From NCBI GenBank assembly GCA_963783375.1, contig CAWANH010000029.1, forward strand, positions 448,001 through 512,000: 64,000 bases of DNA, in the 5' to 3' direction. This DNA is from Candidatus Eiseniibacteriota bacterium (GTDB taxonomy: Bacteria; Eisenbacteria; RBG-16-71-46; JABDJR01). Both the position numbers and the translations under genes were made by a program. Positions 43,319-51,443 of this stretch are shown in pieces. Below the pieces are notes generated by a model. That model did not search any database. It was not told where the DNA came from and saw only the letters and a list, made by a program, of their open reading frames with translations. Each line of letters opens with the position of its first letter. Position 1 is the stretch's first letter.

Positions 43319-44303
43319 GCCGGCGGTGGCCGCCCTGCCCCCGGCCCTGGACCGGGCCCGGGAGGACTACCTGAGCTACCTGCGTTACGAACGTAGGCTA
43401 TCCGACCAGACGATTGATGCTTACGCATATGATCTCCAGGGATGGTTGAGCTGGTTGGCGGCCAGGGGACGCCGCGAGCTCGAGGGGATCTCCCGGGAGG
43501 ATCTGGAGGGGTTCATGACCGCGGAAGGGGACCGGGGGCTTTCCGGGCGCACCCTGGCCCGGCGGCTCTCCTGCGTTCGCGGTTTCCACGGATACCTCAG
43601 GCGGCGGCGTGGCGGGGAGGCGGACCCGACCGAGGGGATGGAGCCGCCGCGGCGGGGGAGGGCGCTCCCCCGGGCGCTGAGCGTGGAGGAGGCGGGACGG
43701 CTCATGGAGTCTCCCCAGGGGAACGACCCTCTGGCGCTCCGGGACCGGGCGGTTCTGGAGCTCATGTACGGCTCCGGACTCCGGGTTTCGGAGGTGCTGA
43801 CCCTCGAGGCCGGCGCTCTCCGCCTGGGGGAACGCTACGTGCGGGTGGTGGGCAAGGGGGACAAGGAGCGGGCGGTCCCCCTGACCGAGGCCTCGGCGGC
43901 GGCGATGCGGGAGTACCTGGATCGGGCGCGGGCGGGGCTCGTCCGGCGGCGGGACCCCGGTTTCGTCTTCCTGAACCGAAGGGGAGGGAAGCTCAGCCGC
44001 ATGGGTCTCTGGAGGATGCTGGGCCGACGGGCCGCCGCGGCCGGATTGCCCGGGGACTTCCACCCCCACATGCTCCGCCACTCCTTCGCCACCCACCTCC
44101 TGGAAGGCGGAGCGGACCTTCGGGTCGTACAGGAGCTACTGGGGCACGTCTCGGTCACCACCACCGAGATCTACACCCATGTGGACCGGGGGTACCTCCG
44201 GGAAGAACATCGGAGATTTCACCCGCGCAGCCGGGGAGCGGCGCCGCCCCTCGGGGAGGCGGGAGACGGGTCGAGTGGGCTTGGTCGGAAGGAGAAACCA
44301 TGA
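43308..44303 (+). CDS. xerD: Tyrosine recombinase XerD
   Basis: 'LRDRAVLELMYGSGLRVSE', 'GKGDKERAVP', 'FLNRRGGKLSR.G', 'HMLRHSFATHLLEGGADLRVVQELLGH.S..TT.IYTHV'. Confidence 0.88.
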   Translation: MPPRPAVAALPPALDRAREDYLSYLRYERRLSDQTIDAYAYDLQGWLSWLAARGRRELEGISREDLEGFMTAEGDRGLSGRTLARRLSCVRGFHGYLRRRRGGEADPTEGMEPPRRGRALPRALSVEEAGRLMESPQGNDPLALRDRAVLELMYGSGLRVSEVLTLEAGALRLGERYVRVVGKGDKERAVPLTEASAAAMREYLDRARAGLVRRRDPGFVFLNRRGGKLSRMGLWRMLGRRAAAAGLPGDFHPHMLRHSFATHLLEGGADLRVVQELLGHVSVTTTEIYTHVDRGYLREEHRRFHPRSRGAAPPLGEAGDGSSGLGRKEKP

Positions 44304-44965
44304 ACGGTCGAATCGGCGGACGGGCGACGATGCTGGCGATCCTGATCCTCTGCGTCGCGGGACCGGTCCGGGCGGCGGGGCTCGACGAATCGGGGACGGT
44401 AGGGCTCAGCGTCTTCGGCGACTACGGGGCCATCGCCGGAAACTCCCGGTACGGGCTGGACTTCAACAACGGGGGAGGCTACGGGGTCACCCTGCGCTAC
44501 GTGGTCGGGCCCCACTGGTCGCTCGGTCTCTTCTTCCAGAACCAGAGCTACGACGCGCAGGCGGGCGCGGTGAGCGGGCCGCAGACCGAGGAGGCGGCGG
44601 TCGACAAGCTGGTAATGACCGAATACATGGCCGACCTCTACTTCTACCGGGACCGGAAGGCGGACGCCTCCCAGTACCTGGTGGCGGGGATCGGCTTCTA
44701 CCGGCCGGAGGTGCGGAGCAACCAGGTGACGAACACCTCGGGGACCGTGGTCTTTCCCGGGGAGAACCTGGTGGTGTCCGCCGGGCTCGGGGTCGAGGCG
44801 TTCATCCGCGAGGACTGGGGGATCGACCTGAGCGGCCGGGTGTTCGGATACCTGGGAAAGGGCCTCTCCGATCAGGAACTCGACAATCCCGACGTCACCG
44901 GCACCGGGAGTTTCGCGGCCGGGTTCCAGCTCCAGGCCGGCCTCTTCTACTACCTCATGCGTTAG
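44300..44965 (+). CDS. Small outer-membrane beta-barrel protein
   Basis: SD GGAG and an ATGA overlap; signal peptide; amphipathic beta strands; aromatic C-terminal strand 'QAGLFYYLMR'. Confidence 0.65.
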   Translation: MNGRIGGRATMLAILILCVAGPVRAAGLDESGTVGLSVFGDYGAIAGNSRYGLDFNNGGGYGVTLRYVVGPHWSLGLFFQNQSYDAQAGAVSGPQTEEAAVDKLVMTEYMADLYFYRDRKADASQYLVAGIGFYRPEVRSNQVTNTSGTVVFPGENLVVSAGLGVEAFIREDWGIDLSGRVFGYLGKGLSDQELDNPDVTGTGSFAAGFQLQAGLFYYLMR

Positions 44966-44977
44966 ACCGGACGAAGC

Positions 44978-46948
44978 ATGGCCGAGAAACACACCTATCA
45001 GGTCGGGGACAAGGTCCACCACGGCGACTTCGGCGAGGGGTTGGTGGTGGAGATCCGCGACCGCCCGTTCTACGACATCCTCGAGGTGGTGTTTCCGGTC
45101 GGGGTCAAGCGTCTCACCAGCATCCATCCCCTCCTTCGCCCGAAGCCGGCGGTCCCCGATCCTCCGCCGCCCAAGTCCAAGCGAAGCCGGCGACGGAGAA
45201 AGGCCCGGAAGGAAGATGACGGGAACGGGAACGGTTCGCGGCTTCCCTACGTGCACCTCGACCGGGACACCCTGGAGCTTCTAAAGCGGGCGCGGAAGAA
45301 GGAGGCCGAGCCCCTGGAGGACTACCGTCTGCTCCTCGACGCCGAGGAGCTCGCCGCGCGCCGGGGGTTCGAGCGGCTCATGTGCCTCGATCAGCTTCAC
45401 GGGGTGGAGAAGCTCGACTACCAGAAGCAGGCCTGCCTGCGGGTGCTCCGGGAGATGCGGGGGCGGGGGCTCCTGGCCGACGAAGTGGGATTGGGCAAGA
45501 CCATCGAGGCGGGCATGATCCTCAAGGAGTACATGCTGCGAGGCCTCGTCCACCGCGTGCTGGTCCTGGTGCCGGCCAGCCTCACCATCCAGTGGCGGGA
45601 AGAGCTGGCCACCAAGTTCGGCCTGGACTTCGCGATCGCCGGTCGGCGCGGCGACTGGGCCGAACACCCCTTTCTCATCTGCTCCCTGGACACCGCCAAG
45701 ACCGCCCGGAACCGGAGCCGCCTCCTCGGCAACCCCTTCGACCTGGTCATCGTGGACGAGGCCCATCGCCTGCGAAACCACCAGACCCTGGCCTGGAAGT
45801 TCGTGGCCGCGGTGAACAGCAAGTACCTTCTGCTTCTCACCGCCACCCCGGTGCAGAACGATCTCCGGGAGCTCTACAACCTGGTGAACCTCCTTCGGCC
45901 GGGAACCCTGGGGACCTACCGGAGCTTCCGCCGCCGCTACATGGTGCGGGGGGACAAGCGGCTGCCCAAGAACACCGCCGAGCTTTCGCAGCTCTTGAGC
46001 CGGGTCATGATCCGCACCACCCGGGCCAAGACCAAGATCAAGTTCCCCCGGCGCACGGTCAACATCGTCCCCTTCCAGCTCACCGCGGCCGAGCGGGAGC
46101 TCTACGACGAGGTCACCACCTTTGTGCGCGACCGTTTCCGGGACTCCGACCGCACCCAGTTCCTGAAGTGGCACTTCGTCTCGATGGTGCTCCAGAAGGA
46201 GATCGGCTCCAGCGTCCCTGCGGCCCGCCACACCCTGAACCGGGCCCGCCTGGATCCCCGCTACCGCGCCCATGGGGAGGAGCTGAACCGGCTCTACGAC
46301 ATGAGCGAGCGGGTGGAGCGACACGCCAAGCTCGAGGGACTCCTGAAGATCCTGGCCGGGGTCGAGGACAAGGCCATCGTCTTCACCCAGTTCAAGTCCA
46401 CCATGGAGTTCCTGTCCCGCCGGCTCCAGGAGGCGGGCTACACCACCGCGGTCTTCCACGGCGGACTTCCCGCCGCCGGCAAGGAGGAGGCGATCCGCGA
46501 TTTCCGCCGCCGGGCCCGGATCCTGGTCAGCACCGAGGCGGGCGGCGAAGGCCGGAATCTCCATTTCTGCCGGGTGGTGGTGAACTACGACCTTCCCTGG
46601 AACCCCATGAAAGTGGAGCAGCGGATCGGACGCGTGCACCGCCTGGGACAGACCGGAGACATCGACATCTACAACTTCAGCTCCGAGAACACGGTGGAGT
46701 CCCACGTGCTGGAGATCCTCCACCGCAAGATCAACATGTTCGAGCTGGTGATCGGGGAAATGGACATGATCCTCGGCGATTTCAGCGACCAGCAGTCCTT
46801 CGAAGCGGCGGTGTTCCAGATCTGGGCGGGGGCGCGGAATCGTCGGGACCTGGAGCGGCGCTTCCAGGAGCTGGGGGATCAGATGGCCCTGAGCCGCCGT
46901 CGCTACGAGTCCATCAAGCGGCTGGACGAAGAGATCTTCGGTGGGTAG
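44978..46948 (+). CDS. SNF2-family ATPase (YqhH-like) with N-terminal PcrA/UvrD-type Tudor domain
   Basis: 'LLADEVGLGKTIEAG', 'VPASL..QW', 'DEAH', 'LTATP.QN', 'STEAGGEG.NL', 'NYDLPWNP..VEQRIGR.HR.GQ'; N-terminus 'VGDKVHH..FG.G.VV...F.PVGVKRL'. Confidence 0.9.
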   Translation: MAEKHTYQVGDKVHHGDFGEGLVVEIRDRPFYDILEVVFPVGVKRLTSIHPLLRPKPAVPDPPPPKSKRSRRRRKARKEDDGNGNGSRLPYVHLDRDTLELLKRARKKEAEPLEDYRLLLDAEELAARRGFERLMCLDQLHGVEKLDYQKQACLRVLREMRGRGLLADEVGLGKTIEAGMILKEYMLRGLVHRVLVLVPASLTIQWREELATKFGLDFAIAGRRGDWAEHPFLICSLDTAKTARNRSRLLGNPFDLVIVDEAHRLRNHQTLAWKFVAAVNSKYLLLLTATPVQNDLRELYNLVNLLRPGTLGTYRSFRRRYMVRGDKRLPKNTAELSQLLSRVMIRTTRAKTKIKFPRRTVNIVPFQLTAAERELYDEVTTFVRDRFRDSDRTQFLKWHFVSMVLQKEIGSSVPAARHTLNRARLDPRYRAHGEELNRLYDMSERVERHAKLEGLLKILAGVEDKAIVFTQFKSTMEFLSRRLQEAGYTTAVFHGGLPAAGKEEAIRDFRRRARILVSTEAGGEGRNLHFCRVVVNYDLPWNPMKVEQRIGRVHRLGQTGDIDIYNFSSENTVESHVLEILHRKINMFELVIGEMDMILGDFSDQQSFEAAVFQIWAGARNRRDLERRFQELGDQMALSRRRYESIKRLDEEIFGG

Positions 46949-47921
46949 GGGGGACGCGCAGCCGGGGGGCCGGCACCGTTGGGTCTTCGAGATCCTGGAC
47001 CGCGCCGGCGCCACCCCCGAGGACTCGGCGGACGGGCTGTACACCTACCGGCTGGCCGACGGGTTGGTGGATCTCCTCGAGCGGGACCGCATCACCTTCA
47101 CCTTCCGCAAGCGCCAGGCGGGCGGGGGAGTGGAGCTGATGTCCCCGGGGAGCTGGCTCCACGATCAGCTTCTGGCCTACGCCCGGAAGCGCGGCCGGGT
47201 CACCCGGGGATTTCTTCCCGCCCGCCCGGACGTGGACCGGGAGCGGCTGGCTTCGGCCCGCCGGCGCGGGTTCCGGGAGCTCTCCGGACTCCTCGACCGG
47301 CGCTACGGCGTCGTCCTGGTCTTCACCTTCCGACTTGCCTACTATTCGGACCCTCCCAAGGAGATCCTGGAGACGGTGGTCTACGACTGTGAGCGGCGCC
47401 GGGTGCTCAGGCGGGCCCTCTCCCGTCGGACCTTCCACGAGGCCTCGGAGGCGCCGACCGAGACGATGGGGCCCGCCCCCGCCCCCGACCTCGACACCGC
47501 CTTCCAGGCGGCCTGGGGGGAGATCCAGGATCGGGTGGAATCGCGGGTGGGAGCCCTCCAGCACGAGGGACGCGGGCACCTGGAGGGCGAGCTGGCCACG
47601 GTGGAACGGTACTACCGGCAGCTCATCGCCGAGGAAAAGCGCCTGCAGAAGAGCCGTTCCTCCCGGAGAGGACATGAGGAGAGCCGGCGGAAGATCGAGC
47701 TCTTGAAGCTGGAGTGGGAGCGCCGGGTAAAGGAGGAGACCGAGCGTCTCCGTCCCCAGGTGGTGGCGTCCCTGAGCGCTCTGGCCCGGCTTCACGTCCC
47801 CCTGGAGCGTTGGCGGGCGGTGGTCGAGGGGAAGAACGGGTTGGAGGAGAAGGAGTTGTGGCTGGATCTGGCCCGCTCCGAGGCCTGGGAGGGGGAGGGG
47901 AGCGGAGAGGGGGGGCGTTGA
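46941..47921 (+). CDS. Hypothetical protein coupled to the SNF2 ATPase (YqhG-like position and architecture)
   Basis: Overlaps the SNF2 stop by 8 nt, has coding-like composition and a C-terminal coiled coil ('EGELATVERYY..L..E...KIELLKLEWERRVKEE'). Confidence 0.7.
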   Translation: MGRGDAQPGGRHRWVFEILDRAGATPEDSADGLYTYRLADGLVDLLERDRITFTFRKRQAGGGVELMSPGSWLHDQLLAYARKRGRVTRGFLPARPDVDRERLASARRRGFRELSGLLDRRYGVVLVFTFRLAYYSDPPKEILETVVYDCERRRVLRRALSRRTFHEASEAPTETMGPAPAPDLDTAFQAAWGEIQDRVESRVGALQHEGRGHLEGELATVERYYRQLIAEEKRLQKSRSSRRGHEESRRKIELLKLEWERRVKEETERLRPQVVASLSALARLHVPLERWRAVVEGKNGLEEKELWLDLARSEAWEGEGSGEGGR

Positions 47922-47997
47922 TGCCTCGTGCGGTTTCCGGGATAATGACCGCCCCTTTAGCGGTATAGGTCGGCAAGAGGAGTCAAGGAGGATCCGC

Positions 47998-49572
47998 GTG
48001 AGACGACTTTGGGAAAACATGAAGCGACCCGCGTTCCAGGGGGTGGTGGCGGTCGCGCTGGCCGTCCTCATCATCCCCACCGCGGCCCGCGCGGACGTGG
48101 AGCGCATACGCGAGAAGGCGGTGGAGCTGCAGCAGAAGCTCCAGAAGCAGGCCTTCGAGGCCGACGCCAAGGTGGATCCGGCCAACTCCGCCCGAATCTA
48201 CAAGGACTACGGGTTCCTGCTGGGGAAGTCGAAAGTGGAAGAGGTGGCCGACGCCGCCAAGACCGCCCCCCGGGCCGAGGCCCTGCGCCTCTATCTCATC
48301 CGGGCCGCGGTGGGGGACGAGCTCGCGACCTACGTGGATGATCTCCGGAACTTCCAGGCCACCAACACCGCGTCCTATGGCGACCAGGACGTCCGGATGA
48401 ACGATCTGGTGGCCCGTCTCGCGGTGACCGGGGGTGAGAGCGACCGGCGGAAGCTCATGTCCGCCCTGTCACCCCTCTTCGACACCGCCGCCGTCTACCG
48501 GAACGAGGTCCTGAAACGGCGGAACGAGACCTACGCCACCTGGGGATTCGCGAACTACGCCGACTTCTACTCGACCCGGGAGGGGACCGATCTCGCCGCG
48601 GTTTCGGCCATGGCGGACGATTTCCTGACCCGATCCCAATCCATGTACGACTCGCTGTTCACCGTGATGGCGGCTCGGGTGCTCCAGACCGAGGCGCGAA
48701 AGGTCCGTTTCTACGACCTGCCTTACCTCACCCAGGGGACCGCCTACGAGGACGCATTCCCCGCCGCCGATCGCGTGGCGCGAATGCGAAGCGTCTTCAA
48801 GGGACTGGGAGTGGACGTGAAGGGTCAGTCGAACCTGACCGTGGACGTGGAAGCGCGCCCCGGAAAGGCGCTCGAGACCGGCGTCTACGCCGCCACGGTC
48901 CCGTCCGACGTTCGGGTGAGCTTCAAGCCCAGCCCCGGCAGCCGGGGAGACGACCGGCTGATCTACGCGGTGGGCGCGGCCGAGATCTACGCCCTCTCCG
49001 GCCAGACCGCCTTCGAGCCGGCCTACCTGCCCCGGGTGGCCCCCCAGGCCGCTCTGGCCTACCTGGCCCGCCTGGTCCTGGACGAGCCGGGATGGGCGAA
49101 GGCCCAGGCGAAGCAAAGCGGGTTCGATCAGAAGGCCTACGAAACCTACCGGGCCTTTGTCTCCCTCTATGAGGCCCGGTTCCTGGCCGCCCAGGCCAAA
49201 TTCGAGATCGACGCCTACCAGGGGGGAACGAACCTCGACGATACGTTCAAGACCGTGATGGAAAGCGCCACCGGAGCCCGCATCTCGTCGTCCGACTCCA
49301 AGCGGGCGTTGGCCTATCTGAGCCAGCTCGACTCCGTGGGTCGATTCCAGGGGCTCCTTCTGGCTGCGGCGGTCCGGGACCACCTCGTGGAGACCCTGGG
49401 CCAGGACTGGTACGCCGGGGGGAAGGCGGCCTCGCTCCTCACCGGCCTCTGGAAGCGGGGCGGCACCCTGACCCTCGACGACATCGGCTCGACCTGCGGG
49501 GGCGCCAAGGCCGGCGTGGACCCGCTGATCCGACACCTCAACTCCATTGTGACTCCCGGGATCTCCCAGTGA
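47998..49572 (+). CDS. Secreted M3/M32-like (gluzincin-fold) protein lacking HExxH
   Basis: SD AAGGAGG and a signal peptide; 'GF.NY.D', 'D.E.RPGK', 'VP.DVRV..KP..G..D..LIYAVGAA', 'L....G..WY....A...L..LW..G'. Confidence 0.6.
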   Translation: MRRLWENMKRPAFQGVVAVALAVLIIPTAARADVERIREKAVELQQKLQKQAFEADAKVDPANSARIYKDYGFLLGKSKVEEVADAAKTAPRAEALRLYLIRAAVGDELATYVDDLRNFQATNTASYGDQDVRMNDLVARLAVTGGESDRRKLMSALSPLFDTAAVYRNEVLKRRNETYATWGFANYADFYSTREGTDLAAVSAMADDFLTRSQSMYDSLFTVMAARVLQTEARKVRFYDLPYLTQGTAYEDAFPAADRVARMRSVFKGLGVDVKGQSNLTVDVEARPGKALETGVYAATVPSDVRVSFKPSPGSRGDDRLIYAVGAAEIYALSGQTAFEPAYLPRVAPQAALAYLARLVLDEPGWAKAQAKQSGFDQKAYETYRAFVSLYEARFLAAQAKFEIDAYQGGTNLDDTFKTVMESATGARISSSDSKRALAYLSQLDSVGRFQGLLLAAAVRDHLVETLGQDWYAGGKAASLLTGLWKRGGTLTLDDIGSTCGGAKAGVDPLIRHLNSIVTPGISQ

Positions 49573-49594
49573 ACCCGGGCGGGGGGAATATCGC

Positions 49595-50272
49595 GTGAGC
49601 GACCGGTTGACCAAACAGCAACTCAAGGAAGATCCGCTCATGAAGCGGACCGCCGAGGCGGCGGATTTCGCCGGCCGTCACGGGCGGGCCCTGACCGGCG
49701 GCATCGCGGCCATCCTGGTGATCGCCGCGGTGGGGTACTTCGTCAGTACCGGGAGCCAGAAGGCCGGCGGCAAGGCGGCGGGGCTCCTCACCGAGGCCTG
49801 GGGGTACTACAACCAGAATTCGTTGGACGCCGCGACCTCCCGGCTGGACGAGCTACTGAACACCTCCGGCGGGACGAACGCCGGTAAGCGCGCCCTCCTG
49901 CTCTACGGGGCCATCCGCTACGACCAGGGGCGTTACGGCGACGCCGAGCAGTACTACCGGCGGGCGCTCGAGGCGATGAAGACCGACCCCCTCCAGAGCA
50001 TGGCCGCTCGGCGCGGCCTGGCCGCGAGCCTGGAGAACGAGAAGAAGTACGCCGACGCCGCCCAGGTCTACCAGGACCTGGCCGACAGCGCGCCCGATCC
50101 GGGGATGCAGGCGGATCTCCGGATGAACGTGGCCCGGAACTACATGAAGGCCGGCCAACGGGAAAAGGCGCAGTCGATCTACGAGGAGCTGGCCTCGAAC
50201 ACCGACAACCCCCAGGTCGCCCAGGAAGCCAAGCTCCGCCTCGCCGAGTCCAAGTACATCCAGGAAGGTTGA
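49595..50272 (+). CDS. Membrane-anchored TPR protein (YfgM-like)
   Basis: 'LTKQQLKED' N-terminus, single TM, TPR helices. Confidence 0.75.
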   Translation: MSDRLTKQQLKEDPLMKRTAEAADFAGRHGRALTGGIAAILVIAAVGYFVSTGSQKAGGKAAGLLTEAWGYYNQNSLDAATSRLDELLNTSGGTNAGKRALLLYGAIRYDQGRYGDAEQYYRRALEAMKTDPLQSMAARRGLAASLENEKKYADAAQVYQDLADSAPDPGMQADLRMNVARNYMKAGQREKAQSIYEELASNTDNPQVAQEAKLRLAESKYIQEG

Positions 50273-50437
50273 TCCCCGGTTCGCGCGGCGCCCCGCCCGA
50301 GGGGACCGCTACGAGATCGTGAAGCCCGTCCCTGAGGGGGCCGTGGCGACCGGGGGGTCCGGGGCGGGACGGCGACGGTCCTGCACGGGGGATTCACGGT
50401 TCATGGAGGGTTTGCCCCCGGAGGGGCCCTCAGGTTA

Positions 50438-50465
50438 ATGTCGCATAATATCTATTATGTAACCT
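50438..50465 (+). other. dif site (XerC/XerD chromosome dimer resolution site)
   Basis: ATGTCGCATAA-TATCTA-TTATGTAACCT compared with E. coli dif GGTGCGCATAA-TGTATA-TTATGTTAAAT: 11-6-11 layout in an AT-rich intergenic island. Confidence 0.8.
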
Positions 50466-50561
50466 AATATCCGAACCGCGTGGCCGCTCCCATCCCGCCT
50501 CTCCCGGCCCCCTCCCCCCAAAAGCCGCCTTCCGGATGCGGGTACGGTAGAATTCCAGGTC

Positions 50562-51443
50562 ATGAGGCACCTTCCCCGCCCCCGCTTCGTTTCACTTCTG
50601 GGGGCGACGCTTGCGACCGGGGCGTTGCTCATGTCGGCGGCGCCGCCGGCCGCCGCCCATGAGGGCCTGGACGCCCAGATCGCCGAACTCACCGCCGCCC
50701 TGGCCGCCGCGCCGTCCGCGGATCGCTACCTGGTTCGCGGCGAACTCTACCGGCTGGACCGGGACTGGGACCGCGCGGAATCCGACTATGCCCGGGCCGA
50801 GACCCTCGATCCGGGGCTGGATGCCGTCCAGGTGGCCCGAGCCGCCATGGATGCCGACCGGGGGCGGTTCTACCCCGCGCAGGCCCGACTGGGCCGGTTC
50901 CTCTCCCAACACCCCGACCGGCCCGACGCGCTCGAGCTTCGCCACCGGACCCGGTTGGCCCTGGGAGACACCCTCGGGGCTCTCGAGGATCTGAATTGCT
51001 TCCTGGCCGCCGCGCCGTCGCCGCCCCCCGGGGCCTATCTGGAACGGGCCACCCTTCAGATCGCTCTGGATCCGGAGGACCTCCGATCGGTGGTTCAGGG
51101 TCTGGATGAAGGCATCTCGCGTTTTGGCCCCCTGGCCGTCCTGGAGCTTCGCGCGGTGGACCTGGAGAGCGCCCGCGGGGACTTCGCCGCCGCCCTGGAC
51201 CGGCTCGACCGGCTGGCTCCCCAGTACGCCCGCCCTGAGGCCCTTCTGGCGCGCCGGGGAGAGCTCCTGAAGGGCGCGGGACGGGACCTGGAGGCCGGGG
51301 CGGCCTGGACGGAGGCGCTTGGCCTCCTGGAGGCCCGCCCGCATCCCTCCCCCGTCGATCTGGCCCTGGCCGGCCGTCTCCGAGGGCTCCTGGAAGCCTC
51401 GCGGGACGATGCAAACCCCTCATCCCCGGAAGGCTCCCGATGA
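50562..51443 (+). CDS. Secreted TPR protein
   Basis: Signal peptide ending 'AAAHEG'; TPR helices; overlaps the next start (ATGA). Confidence 0.7.
   Translation: MRHLPRPRFVSLLGATLATGALLMSAAPPAAAHEGLDAQIAELTAALAAAPSADRYLVRGELYRLDRDWDRAESDYARAETLDPGLDAVQVARAAMDADRGRFYPAQARLGRFLSQHPDRPDALELRHRTRLALGDTLGALEDLNCFLAAAPSPPPGAYLERATLQIALDPEDLRSVVQGLDEGISRFGPLAVLELRAVDLESARGDFAAALDRLDRLAPQYARPEALLARRGELLKGAGRDLEAGAAWTEALGLLEARPHPSPVDLALAGRLRGLLEASRDDANPSSPEGSR

Noticed and set aside
33840-44303. Two tyrosine recombinases as possible phage or island integrases
   Set aside because: They carry XerC and XerD signature motifs, sit in housekeeping operons, and no att repeats, tRNA or phage genes are present.
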